Origin: an uncultured Akkermansia sp.
GTDB lineage: Bacteria > Verrucomicrobiota > Verrucomicrobiia > Verrucomicrobiales > V1-33
DNA: 64,000 nt
Direction: 5' to 3'
Assembly (NCBI GenBank): GCA_964523105.1
Contig: CAZFZN010000003.1
Location: 251,707-315,706 of the forward strand
The notes below the pieces were generated by a model that searched no databases, had not been told where the DNA came from, and worked only from the letters and a program-made list of their open reading frames with translations. Both the position numbers and the translations under genes were made by a program. Below, in pieces: positions 44,044 through 52,809 of the stretch (its first letter is position 1; every line of letters starts with the position of its first letter).

Positions 44044-44829
44044 GTGCTTTCCAAACCAGAGGTTCACACGAGACTCGCGAAGCATTTTGTCGGCGTGCGG
44101 TTCGACTGGGAGCAGGGGAATCATTATAAGCCGAAGCTGGGATTCATCCCCGGCACGGGCGATCAGGTGCTGCTGACGCCCGGCGGTGAACTCATCCGCT
44201 CCCCCGGGCCTGACAAACCCGGAAAGAACTCCGCGATTCACGGGCGCCACGGCCGCGATACCACCGGTGCCGTGCTCGACGAGGTCATCAAGGTGCATCC
44301 GGTGAAGCGTCAGGAATTGAAGCTCGACTGGTTCCTGTGGCCGATGAAGCCGGCCCGGCGCCCTGGCGGACATTACCCCGTGCCCTATGCCGCCATCGCC
44401 GGATATGCCAGGCTGCCGTACGTCGTCGTGGATGGCCCCCTGCCGCCGGCGCTGGAGGACGCGAAGTTTCTCCACTGGCACGTGCGCCAGTTCATCTGGG
44501 TGCGGGGAAATCCGGATGCGCCCGCCCGGCTCACGGTGCGCCGGGTCAAGGATGGCCTGAAAGACGGTATGCCTGCCGAACTCGCCACGCTCGACCCCGC
44601 CGCCCTGACACAAAAGGAACTGGGGACGGCGCTCGACAAGGCGTGGCTCACCTACATGAAGGACCGGCCGCTCACCGCCCGCGGGTATCTGGAGAATGTT
44701 CACGGCAAATGGATGCGCGGTCAGGCATCTCAAATGATTCACGAGGACGACGAAACCCGCGCCCGCGCCGTCGCGGGCACCCTCATGGCACCCGGCAGAA
44801 AACCGGGCGAAGCGCCGCCTTACGAATAG
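44044..44829 (+). CDS. DUF255/thioredoxin-like protein, C-terminal part (same frame as 43756..44016)
   Basis: The ORF-track start is a GTG. The 27 nt between the TGA and this GTG are open in the same frame (PGFRFEESR). SKPEVHTRLAKHFVGVRFDWEQ aligns with the ..d.eVa..lN..FV.IKVDREE segment that follows the CxxC in DUF255 proteins. Confidence 0.7.
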   Translation: MLSKPEVHTRLAKHFVGVRFDWEQGNHYKPKLGFIPGTGDQVLLTPGGELIRSPGPDKPGKNSAIHGRHGRDTTGAVLDEVIKVHPVKRQELKLDWFLWPMKPARRPGGHYPVPYAAIAGYARLPYVVVDGPLPPALEDAKFLHWHVRQFIWVRGNPDAPARLTVRRVKDGLKDGMPAELATLDPAALTQKELGTALDKAWLTYMKDRPLTARGYLENVHGKWMRGQASQMIHEDDETRARAVAGTLMAPGRKPGEAPPYE

Positions 44830-44961
44830 GCCGGTCCGATCCGCGAGTGGTTCACGCCAGGAGAGCCTGGGCACGGTTTCAACGACCCGCACACGCGGCG
44901 GGGGATGATCCTGTGATCCTGCGCAGGATGCGGCTCCGGTCATGCCGTCCCTTTTCCTGCT

Positions 44962-46392
44962 ATGCGTTTCTGTATTCTGATTTTTCTGTTCTGTGGTCCC
45001 TTCCGGTTTGTCGATGTGAGCGTGGCTCAGGCGCCGCCGCGGCCTAACTTTGTGGTGGTGTTCATCGACGACATGGGCTGGGGGGGGTTTTCGTGTTTCG
45101 GAAACCGGGACGCGAAAACTCCTAACGTGGACCGGCTGGCGACGGAGGGCGGTAAATTCTTCCGCTTTTACGTGAACTCGCCGATCTGCTCGCCTTCGCG
45201 CTGCGCGCTCGTCACCGGTCAGTATCCGCAGCGCTGGCGGATCACATCTTATCTCAACAACCGCGCCGACAATGCCCGCCGCGGCGTGGCCGACTGGCTC
45301 GATCCCGGTGCGCAGACGCTGGCTCGCCTGCTCAAATTGAACGGTTATGCCACGGGGCATTTCGGCAAGTGGCACCTTGGAGGGCAGCGGGATGTGGATG
45401 ACGCGCCGCCCATCACCGCCTACGGCTTCGACGAATCCCTGACGAATTTTGAAGGCGTGGGGGCGAAGCTGCTTCCGCTCACTCTCAAGCCCGGCGATGC
45501 GAAACCAGGCCGAATCTGGGAGGATGCGGAGCGACTGGGAAAACCGGTCACGTGGATGCCGCGTGCGGAAATCACCGGCGGCTTTGTCGCCGCGGCGGCG
45601 AAATTCATGGATGCCGCCGCCGCGGCTGGAAAGCCCTTCTACGTCAATGTCTGGCCCGATGACGTGCACACGCCGCTGTGGCCGCCGGTGTCTGACTGGC
45701 GCGAAGGCAAACGCGCGAAGTATCTCGCTGTGCTGGAAAACATGGACCGGCAGCTCGGCGTGCTGTTCGATCACCTTCGTGACGATGCGAAACTGCGCGC
45801 CAACACATTTGTGCTGGTGTGCTCCGACAACGGACCGGAACCGGGAGCCGGCTCAGCAGGGCCATGGCGCGGCAGCAAGGGTACGCTTTTCGAGGGAGGC
45901 ATCCGGTCGCCGCTGGTCGTCTGGGGGCCGCGCTTCATTGCCGCGGACGAAGCGGGTTTTCACGACCGTGAAACGACGCTCGCCGCGTTCGACCTCGCGC
46001 CTTCGCTGCTGAAACTGGCGGGCATCGATGCCCCCGGCGACGTTCGCTTTGACGGCGAGGACATGTCCGCGGCCCTGACCGGAAACTCCACGCGGCAGCG
46101 CAAGGCCCCGCTTTTCTGGCGCCGGCCGCCGGACCGGAAAACCATGCCGGGTTCCACCGAAGGCCGGCTGCCGGACCTCGCCGCCTGCGAGGGCGAATGG
46201 AAACTGCTTTGCGACTACGACGGGTCGCAGCCGCGTCTCTATCAACTCAATGACGACCCGGGTGAGAAGTCCGATGTCGCCGCAAAGTATCCCGAAGTGG
46301 TCGCTCGCCTGCGGGCCGCCGTGCGCGATTGGCATGCTTCCTTGCCGCCGGACCATGGCCCGGAACTGGGAAAACAAAACGCGCCGAAGTGA
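44962..46392 (+). CDS. sulfatase (formylglycine-dependent family)
   Basis: ATG at 44962 with a signal peptide. The motifs are FIDDMGWG, CSPSRCALVTGQYP (the FGly motif) and GKWHLGG. Confidence 0.9.
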   Translation: MRFCILIFLFCGPFRFVDVSVAQAPPRPNFVVVFIDDMGWGGFSCFGNRDAKTPNVDRLATEGGKFFRFYVNSPICSPSRCALVTGQYPQRWRITSYLNNRADNARRGVADWLDPGAQTLARLLKLNGYATGHFGKWHLGGQRDVDDAPPITAYGFDESLTNFEGVGAKLLPLTLKPGDAKPGRIWEDAERLGKPVTWMPRAEITGGFVAAAAKFMDAAAAAGKPFYVNVWPDDVHTPLWPPVSDWREGKRAKYLAVLENMDRQLGVLFDHLRDDAKLRANTFVLVCSDNGPEPGAGSAGPWRGSKGTLFEGGIRSPLVVWGPRFIAADEAGFHDRETTLAAFDLAPSLLKLAGIDAPGDVRFDGEDMSAALTGNSTRQRKAPLFWRRPPDRKTMPGSTEGRLPDLAACEGEWKLLCDYDGSQPRLYQLNDDPGEKSDVAAKYPEVVARLRAAVRDWHASLPPDHGPELGKQNAPK

Positions 46393-46421
46393 TCCTGACT
46401 TCCCGCGCGACTCACAAGAGG

Positions 46422-47399
46422 TCACGCGTCAGGCTGCCGCGCCGTGTCTGTGGTGGCTTCGCCGGGAGCGGGTCCGGGGCTGGCCTCAAGTGTCGGCGCG
46501 TCAGTGGTGGCCGGGGCCGTTTCCTGCCCTGGAGCTTCGGGGGCGGTCTGATTTGAGACGGGCCGGTCTTCGCGCGGCTCGCGCGGCTCGCGTGGCGGGC
46601 GGTTTTGCTTGAGGCGGCTGATTTCACTGCGGGCGCTGTTCAGCTGGGCGCGAAGCTGTTCGGCCTCTTTGCGTGCTGCGGCGAGGTCGCCGGAGACGGA
46701 CGAACTGGTGGCAATGGCGGCGCGGGTGGCGGCGAGCGTGGTTTCGAGTCCTTTGATGCGCGACTGGGCGTCGGCGAGGTCGCGGCGCAGCCGGTTCGCG
46801 GTGCCTTCGGCGCTGCGGGCGGCCTGACGCGCTTTGTCGGCCTCGGCGCGGGCTTCGCGCAGTTCCGGAGGCGGGCCGGCATGGCGCGCCTGAATGGTAA
46901 GGGCGGCGGCTTCGAGCTGCGCGACGCGGGCCCGGGCCTGTTCCAGTTCCCGCGCGAGCACACTGCTTCTGACAGTGACAGCGGCGTGTTCGGCGCGGGC
47001 TTTGGCGGCTTCCTCGCGAAGGGAAGCCAGTGTGCTGTCGCCGGCTGCGGCAGTCAGGGAGCGGCGCGCTTCCTCGAGCTGTTCACGCAGCGATGCCGCT
47101 TCGGCGGAGGCGGCGGTCTCCATGCGCCGGGCCTCCCCCAGCTGTTTTTCCAGCGCGGACACCGACTCCGGATCGATCCCGGCGAGAGTCTGGCCGCGCG
47201 AAAGTGCTGCCTCCGCCGCCGCGGCGCGCGCCGTGGCCTGTGCCTCCGAGTTGCGCGCGGCTTTCAGATTCAACTCCGCTGCCGCGAGTGCGTCGTGCAG
47301 GCGCTGATGCTCGCGGTCGCGTTCATGCGCGCGTTTGTGGATTTCCTCGGCAGCGGCGATGCGGGCGCGGAGATTCTCGGGGAGGAGGGATTCGTCCAT
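46422..47399 (-). CDS. Ala/Arg/Glu-rich coiled-coil protein with Pro/Thr-rich C-terminal tail
   Basis: There is a long heptad-like helical sequence (..LEKQLGEARR..LREQLEEARRSL..ELEQARARVAQLEAAAL..). ATG 47399 (MDESLL) is preferred over the upstream non-ATG start at 47423. No family was recognised. Confidence 0.5.
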   Translation of the reverse strand: MDESLLPENLRARIAAAEEIHKRAHERDREHQRLHDALAAAELNLKAARNSEAQATARAAAAEAALSRGQTLAGIDPESVSALEKQLGEARRMETAASAEAASLREQLEEARRSLTAAAGDSTLASLREEAAKARAEHAAVTVRSSVLARELEQARARVAQLEAAALTIQARHAGPPPELREARAEADKARQAARSAEGTANRLRRDLADAQSRIKGLETTLAATRAAIATSSSVSGDLAAARKEAEQLRAQLNSARSEISRLKQNRPPREPREPREDRPVSNQTAPEAPGQETAPATTDAPTLEASPGPAPGEATTDTARQPDA

Positions 47400-47448
47400 G
47401 GGGCGGATGACACCGGGACGCAAAAGTCCGGCGGAGCAAGCCCCAACT

Positions 47449-48753
47449 TCAAATCGCCAGCGGGCCGCCCTCGCAGAGCCGCGGATTGCCGAAGGTCTTC
47501 AAATCATGGCCGAACGCATGCGCGATGGAGAGCCAGAGCCGGTTGTGCGCCGCGCCTCCGAAATCGTGTGCGTGACCGTATTTGAATCCAAGTCCGCCGC
47601 CCACGAGCACGAAGGGGATGTTGTCGTGACTGTGCGAATTGCCTTTCCCCAGTTCATTGGTCCAGAGCAGCGTGGTGTGATCGAGCATGGATCCGGTGCC
47701 GCCGGGCTCCGGTGTTTCCGCGAGAGATTTGGCCAGATGGGCGAACTGCTCGCAGAGCCAGACGTTGATCCTGGCCAGCTTCTCCTGCGACTCGGCATTG
47801 AGGTCGGGGTCGTGGGAAAGCTGGTGGTGCCCCTCATTGACATCGAGCCAGCGGAAGCGGGCCTGGCCGACGGAATTGGTGAACTGCAGCGTGGCCACGC
47901 GCGCCATGTCGTTGGCGAAGGCATTGACCAACAGGTCATTCGTCATGCGGAAAATCTTCGGGATGTTGTCATTCTCGTTCCCCACGCCGGGCTCCAGTTT
48001 TACCTGCGGGGCGGTGAGCTTTTGCTCCGCTGACTCCTGCAGTTCCTTTTCCATGTCCCGCACAAAAGTCAGGTGCTTGTCGAGCAGCGCCCGGTCTTCA
48101 GTCGTGACCACGGCAGCTACCTTTTTGATGTCCTCGGTGACTTCATCGAGCACGCTGGCGAGGTTTTCGCGGTCCTTGACGCTGCCGTAGAGCTTTTCGA
48201 ACAGCTCATACGGATCGCTCACCGGCGTCACCGGCTGATTGGGGCCGGCGTAGCTCCAGCGCGTCCATGGATCGGCGCGGTTCGGCACTCCGACGCCGAG
48301 ATCGAGTGAGCCGAAGCGCGTTTTGGTTTCAGGTTTCGACTGGAGAAAATTCTTCAACTCCTGGTCGATGGAAATGCCGCTGCACCAGCCGGCGGGCGTG
48401 TCCGAGCCGCCCTGGATGTTGCCGGGGAACAGTTCCTTGCCGGTGAGCAGACAACTCATGCCGCGCATGTGGCCGTCGCCGTCGCCGCGCACCTTGTTGG
48501 AAAGGCCGCGCAGGGTGAGCACCTGTTTCTTGAACGGCTCCAGCGGCGCGAGAATGCGCTTCAGTGTGAAGTTCTCACCGGTTTCGTCGGGCCAGAACAG
48601 CGGCGGCAGGGTGCCGTTGGGACTGAAGAACAGCACGAGCCGCTGCTTCGGCCTGGCAGCATCGGCGGCGCGGAGCGAGGGCATGCCGCCCAGCAGCGGC
48701 AAGGCGGCGGCGGAGAGTCCGAGATCGGTGAGGAAACGGCGGCGGGATTTCAT
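47449..48753 (-). CDS. DUF1552 domain protein with twin-arginine signal
   Basis: ATG 48753 gives MKSRRRFLTDLGLSAAALPLL, a Tat-type signal. The motifs are LVLFFSPNG, HMRGMSCLLTG, HHQLSHD and NIPFVLVGG, typical of DUF1552 as recalled. Confidence 0.8.
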   Translation of the reverse strand: MKSRRRFLTDLGLSAAALPLLGGMPSLRAADAARPKQRLVLFFSPNGTLPPLFWPDETGENFTLKRILAPLEPFKKQVLTLRGLSNKVRGDGDGHMRGMSCLLTGKELFPGNIQGGSDTPAGWCSGISIDQELKNFLQSKPETKTRFGSLDLGVGVPNRADPWTRWSYAGPNQPVTPVSDPYELFEKLYGSVKDRENLASVLDEVTEDIKKVAAVVTTEDRALLDKHLTFVRDMEKELQESAEQKLTAPQVKLEPGVGNENDNIPKIFRMTNDLLVNAFANDMARVATLQFTNSVGQARFRWLDVNEGHHQLSHDPDLNAESQEKLARINVWLCEQFAHLAKSLAETPEPGGTGSMLDHTTLLWTNELGKGNSHSHDNIPFVLVGGGLGFKYGHAHDFGGAAHNRLWLSIAHAFGHDLKTFGNPRLCEGGPLAI

Positions 48754-48888
48754 GGCGGTCTTTCGAGCCGATATTCTACGCATCGCGCGGCCGGTTCAAT
48801 CAGCAAACCTTTACACCGGTGCGGAGTGCCAAACCCACCGTTGCAATCCTCCCGCGCCCGGGAATTCTCACTGCGTTCCCCAACCGCC

Positions 48889-49572
48889 ATGAAAGCTCTG
48901 CTGCTCTTCGTGTTTCTGACCTGTTTTTCCCTGCCGCTGTTCGCCAAAGGCACTGGCGCCAAAGAGGCCCTGCGCACCCTCGCGCGGCTCCGCGGTGCGT
49001 CGTGGCTGGAACGCGTCATTCAAATGAACGGCGACCGCGGACAGGACCAGCCGGCGACGTGGCACATCATCGCCGCCGGCGCCAAAGGCGGGCTCCAGGA
49101 GTTTTTTGTCAATGCGAAGGGCATCGTTACGGAAGGCCCGATTCCGCCGGAGATTGCGGCGAAACTGAACGGCCCGGTCGTGACTCCGAAGAAGTTCGTC
49201 ACCGATTCGACGCACGCCTTTGTCGCCGCCGAGAAAGTGGCCAAACAGCAGCGGTTCGGGTTCGACTCCGCGAATTTCCGCCTCCGCTGCGCGCCGAACT
49301 CGACGCAGCCTAACTGGTATATGGAACTGCTGGACGCCAATGGCTTCAAGCTGTCGGAAGTGCGTGTGTCCGCCACCAGCGGCCGGGTGACGCATGCCGT
49401 GGTTTTCCCGCAGCCGGTGCCTCCGGGGCCGCCGCCCACGCAGACGCAGCGGGCCATGGAGCAGGCGCGCAAGGCCGTGAACAGCGGCGTCAAGAGCGTT
49501 GGCCGCGGCTTCCAGAAAGCCGGCTCGTGGATCTCCCGTCAGTTCACTCCGAAGTCCGCGCCGCAGCCCTGA
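48889..49572 (+). CDS. secreted hypothetical protein
   Basis: ATG 48889 gives MKALLLFVFLTCFSLPLFAKG, a signal peptide. The coding-like composition continues to the stop at 49572. The upstream part of the ORF-track frame (48469-48888) overlaps the DUF1552 gene and was rejected. Confidence 0.55.
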   Translation: MKALLLFVFLTCFSLPLFAKGTGAKEALRTLARLRGASWLERVIQMNGDRGQDQPATWHIIAAGAKGGLQEFFVNAKGIVTEGPIPPEIAAKLNGPVVTPKKFVTDSTHAFVAAEKVAKQQRFGFDSANFRLRCAPNSTQPNWYMELLDANGFKLSEVRVSATSGRVTHAVVFPQPVPPGPPPTQTQRAMEQARKAVNSGVKSVGRGFQKAGSWISRQFTPKSAPQP

Positions 49573-49610
49573 GCCGGCCTGTCTTCATCCTTCATCCTTC
49601 ATCCTTTTCC

Positions 49611-51059
49611 ATGCCTCTCCCGTCCCTCCCCATCCTCCGCCTTGGCAAAGCCTACACGTCGCTCGACGTCGCCGAGGTCACCAACGTCGCCACCGGCGCG
49701 CCCGTCGTCCGCGTCAGTCAGGCGAACACCGGACTCATCGCACGCGATCTTCCGGAAACGGCAAAGTCCCGCGCTGCTCTCCGCCGCATTCCGGCCCGGG
49801 AGCGCGTCGAGATGGTCCGCCGGGCCGGGGAGATTTTTCAAAACGACACTCTCCCGCTCGGTGACGACGGCACCATGCAGTCGCCTGACGACTATCTGCT
49901 CCAGCTCGCCGGCACCAGCGGCCTGCCGCATTCGCTCATCCGCATGAACATGAAGCGCCTCGGCGGCATCTTTGCGGACATCGGCATCATCCTGCGCGGC
50001 CTCACGCGCGGCATGGACCTCGACGTGCTCGATCGCGGCTACGGCGTGCAGGGCGGCGCGCCGGTTTCCTATCATTGCGTCACCGACAATCTTGCCGTTA
50101 TCCTGCCCAGCAATTCCCCCGCAGTGAATGCCCTGTGGATTCCCGCCATCGCGCTCGGCGTGCCGGTCATTCTCAAACCCGGACGCGAAGAACCATGGAC
50201 GCCGTGGCGCGTCATTCAGTCGCTCATCAAAGCCGGCATCCCGCGCGAGGCTTTTGGATTCTATCCCACCGGCCACGACGGCTCCGGCCTGCTGCTGCGC
50301 CGCGCGGGACGCGTGATGATGTTCGGCGACGACGCCACCGTCGCGCAGTATGCCAGCGACCCGCGCGTGGAAGTTCACGGCAGCGGGCGCAGCAAGATCC
50401 TCATCGGTGAGGATAAAATCGAGCAGTGGCGCGACTACCTGCCCGTGCTGGTGGAAAGCGTCAGCGCCAACAGCGGACGCAGTTGCATCAACACCTCCGC
50501 CATCGTCGTGCCGCGCTATGCGGAGGAAATCGCCCGCGCCGTCGCGCAGGAATTGCTGACGATGGTCCCCCGCGCCGCCGATGATCCGGAAGCAACGCTC
50601 AGCGGCTTCGCCAATCCGGCCATGCCCGAGTGGATCGACAGCACCATCACCGACGGCCTGACCACTCCCGGCGCCGAAGACGTCTCCATGATTCTCCGCA
50701 ACGGCACCCCGCGCCGCGCCAGCCGCGACGGCATGAACTACCTGCTGCCCACGATCATTCACTGCAGCAATTTCGACCACCCGCTGGCCAACCGCGAGTT
50801 CCTCTTCCCCTTCGCCAGCGTGACGAACGTCCCCCAGGCCGCCATGCTGGATACGATAGGCCCCAGCCTCGTCGTCACCGCCATCACCGGCGACAAAGCC
50901 TGGATGACGCAACTGCTCGAAAGCCCGCACATCGACCGCCTTAACCTCGGCCCCACGCCCACCAATCGCGTCCAGTGGGACCAGCCCCACGAAGGCAACC
51001 TCTTCGAGTTCCTCTACAAACGCCGCAGCATCGGCTTGCCGCAGGAGATGGCGGCGTAA
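49611..51059 (+). CDS. aldehyde dehydrogenase superfamily protein (divergent)
   Basis: ATG at 49611. The motifs are ILPSNSPAVNALW, VILKPGREEPWTP, MFGDDATV and ANSGRSCINTSAIVV (the catalytic-Cys context). Confidence 0.7.
   Translation: MPLPSLPILRLGKAYTSLDVAEVTNVATGAPVVRVSQANTGLIARDLPETAKSRAALRRIPARERVEMVRRAGEIFQNDTLPLGDDGTMQSPDDYLLQLAGTSGLPHSLIRMNMKRLGGIFADIGIILRGLTRGMDLDVLDRGYGVQGGAPVSYHCVTDNLAVILPSNSPAVNALWIPAIALGVPVILKPGREEPWTPWRVIQSLIKAGIPREAFGFYPTGHDGSGLLLRRAGRVMMFGDDATVAQYASDPRVEVHGSGRSKILIGEDKIEQWRDYLPVLVESVSANSGRSCINTSAIVVPRYAEEIARAVAQELLTMVPRAADDPEATLSGFANPAMPEWIDSTITDGLTTPGAEDVSMILRNGTPRRASRDGMNYLLPTIIHCSNFDHPLANREFLFPFASVTNVPQAAMLDTIGPSLVVTAITGDKAWMTQLLESPHIDRLNLGPTPTNRVQWDQPHEGNLFEFLYKRRSIGLPQEMAA
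50984..51059 (+). repeat. 76-bp direct repeat, copy A (the functional 3' end of the aldehyde dehydrogenase gene, encoding PHEGNLFEFLYKRRSIGLPQEMAA*)
   Basis: It aligns without gaps to 51808-51883 with 9 mismatches in 76 positions (my manual count). Confidence 0.85.
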
Positions 51060-51129
51060 AACTCGTTGGCATCCGGGCCATCTCAACTACCTTTGCCCCA
51101 TGCCCTCCGCACACACTCAATCCGCCATC

Positions 51130-51372
51130 ATGGAACGTGTCGTCCGCCCTGCGCGGGCGAAGATGACGAAGGCCGCTGCGAAGGGATTGCTCCAGCTTCA
51201 GTTCACGCCCGCAGACCACCGGCGCATGAGCCGTCTGCTGACGGCGGCACAGTCCGGTGCCTTGACGCCGGCTCAGGCCTTAGAACTTGAGAACTACCGC
51301 AACGTGGGGCGCATGGTGGACCTCCTGCACAGTCAGGCCCGACTCACACTCCGGCCCGCCGCCGCTCGTTGA
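51130..51372 (+). CDS. small conserved partner protein of HNH endonuclease (unknown function)
   Basis: ATG is at 51130 (alternative at 51100). LQLQFTPADHRRMSRLLTAAQSGALTPAQALELENYRNVGRMVDLLHSQARLTL resembles the small ORFs I recall preceding this HNH type in cyanobacteria and other phyla. Its stop lies 3 nt before the HNH start. Confidence 0.55.
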   Translation: MERVVRPARAKMTKAAAKGLLQLQFTPADHRRMSRLLTAAQSGALTPAQALELENYRNVGRMVDLLHSQARLTLRPAAAR

Positions 51373-51375
51373 TTT

Positions 51376-51780
51376 ATGGCTCGTGTGCCTCGTCGTTTGC
51401 TGGATGCGGTGCGCCGCAGAGCGGACGGGCGCTGTGAGTATTGCCGGCTGCCGGAGCAATGCACCTCGCTGGCTTTCCAGCCGGATCACATCATCGCCGT
51501 CAAACACAGCGGACGCACGCACGAGGCCAATCTCGCCTGGGCCTGCTTCTACTGTAACAGTTACAAAGGGGCCTGCATCGCCGGTCCGGATCCTGCCACC
51601 GGCAAGGTCACCCGCTTGTTTCATCCGCGATTCGACGGCTGGGCGGAGCACTTTCGCTGGGCCGGCGCCGCTCTGGCAGGCCGCACGGATATCGGTCGCG
51701 CCACCATCGCCGTGCTCAGCATCAATCACCCGGACGCCATCCGCCTCCGCCGCTCCCTCATGCGCGAAGGGCTGTTCTGA
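51376..51780 (+). CDS. HNH endonuclease
   Basis: CEYCRLPE...FQPDHIIAVKHSGRTHEANLAWACFYCNSYKG carries the HNH/Zn-finger motifs CxxC...DH...N...CxxCN. Confidence 0.85.
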   Translation: MARVPRRLLDAVRRRADGRCEYCRLPEQCTSLAFQPDHIIAVKHSGRTHEANLAWACFYCNSYKGACIAGPDPATGKVTRLFHPRFDGWAEHFRWAGAALAGRTDIGRATIAVLSINHPDAIRLRRSLMREGLF

Positions 51781-51807
51781 ATCTCTGCCGGCTTCATCCC
51801 AGAGAAG

Positions 51808-51883
51808 GCCCCACGAAGGCAACCTTTTCGAGTTCCTCTACAAACGCCGCAGCACCGGCGTGCCCCGGGAACTGGCGGCATAG
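51808..51883 (+). repeat. 76-bp direct repeat, copy B (orphan gene-end remnant encoding PHEGNLFEFLYKRRSTGVPRELAA*)
   Basis: It has the same length as copy A and retains the reading frame, with its stop codon at the equivalent position. Confidence 0.85.
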
Positions 51884-51981
51884 TGTCTGATGCGCCCGGC
51901 CCGAATTCTTTGAAAGTGCCGGCAGAACCGGAACTGATTTAGCTGGAAATCCGTGGCTCTGTCGCGCGTAGTGTTCAGTCT

Positions 51982-52770
51982 ATGAAAACTCTTCGCCTCG
52001 CAGCTCTCGCCGCCCTGCCCGTGCTCGCCGCCGCCATTGCCCTGGCGCAGCAGGACAGCAAATCTGCTTCGACTGCACCGGCCGCGGTAACTGAGCCCGG
52101 CTTCGTTTCGATTTTCGACGGGCAGTCGCTCAAGGGCTGGCATGTGAGTGCGAAGAGCGGGCACTCGCGCACGAGCAAGAACGAAAGCGGCGGGCGCTGG
52201 GTGGTGGAGAACGGCGCCATCACGGGCAGTCAGGATATTCCGGGCAATGGCGGGCTGGTGATGACGGATGAGGAGTTCGGCGATTTCGAAGTCGCGCTGG
52301 AGATGAACAACGACTTCGGCCCGGACAGCGGGTTGTTCCTGCGCAGCACGGAGGATGGCAAGGCGTGGCAGGCGATGATCGATTATCATGCCGGCGGAAA
52401 TCTCATGGGCATCTACGGCGAAGGGCTGGGCGGGAAGCCGCACGTGAGGAATTACAACTTCAAGACGCTGGTGACGGAGATCGAGGATAAGAAAACCGGC
52501 GAACCGCCCACCCCGCTGCCGGTGTTGCCGGCAGCGTGGCCTTACTTCTGGCGCGCCGGGCAGTGGAATGAACTGCGCGCGCGCATCGAGGGCAATCCGC
52601 CGCACATCACCACATGGATCAACGGCGTGAAGATCATGGAGTGGCAGGAGAAGGAGGTGCGGCATCCGGAGAAGGGCCGCATCGCGCTCCAGGTGCATGG
52701 CGGCGGCGATCACACCAAAGAGTTCGTGCGCTACCGCAACATCCGCGTGAAGCGGCTGGGCGGAGAATGA
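51982..52770 (+). CDS. secreted DUF1080 (3-keto-disaccharide hydrolase-like) domain protein
   Basis: A signal peptide is present. The motifs are GFVSIFDGQSLKGW, F.DFE...E...... NSG.F.R-like and GRIALQVHGGG...V.YRNIRVK. Confidence 0.8.
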   Translation: MKTLRLAALAALPVLAAAIALAQQDSKSASTAPAAVTEPGFVSIFDGQSLKGWHVSAKSGHSRTSKNESGGRWVVENGAITGSQDIPGNGGLVMTDEEFGDFEVALEMNNDFGPDSGLFLRSTEDGKAWQAMIDYHAGGNLMGIYGEGLGGKPHVRNYNFKTLVTEIEDKKTGEPPTPLPVLPAAWPYFWRAGQWNELRARIEGNPPHITTWINGVKIMEWQEKEVRHPEKGRIALQVHGGGDHTKEFVRYRNIRVKRLGGE

Positions 52771-52809
52771 TCGTGCGCACCGGCGGGATGCGCAGTATTA
52801 TCACCCGTC

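Larger units (their letters stand above)
51060..51883 (+). mobile_element. putative inserted cassette: small ORF + HNH endonuclease, followed by a displaced second copy of the aldehyde dehydrogenase 3' end
   Basis: It is bounded by the 76-bp direct repeats (50984-51059 and 51808-51883). No integrase or transposase is present. Confidence 0.45.

Noticed and set aside
43723-45774. 683-aa minus-strand ORF covering the thioredoxin-like gene and the start of the sulfatase
   Set aside because: It spans two unrelated plus-strand genes and the intergenic DNA between them, with a His/Arg/Pro-rich composition and no motifs.
49584-49604. 3 x 7-bp tandem repeat (ttcatcc) just upstream of the aldehyde dehydrogenase start
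   Set aside because: It is a very short pyrimidine-rich microsatellite in a 38-nt spacer. There is no evidence that it is more than slippage-prone spacer DNA.
51287-51883. 198-aa plus-strand ORF overlapping the small ORF and the HNH gene
   Set aside because: It is off-frame relative to the HNH gene, which has clear motifs. Only its last 24 codons are meaningful, as the duplicated aldehyde dehydrogenase gene end reported as repeat copy B.
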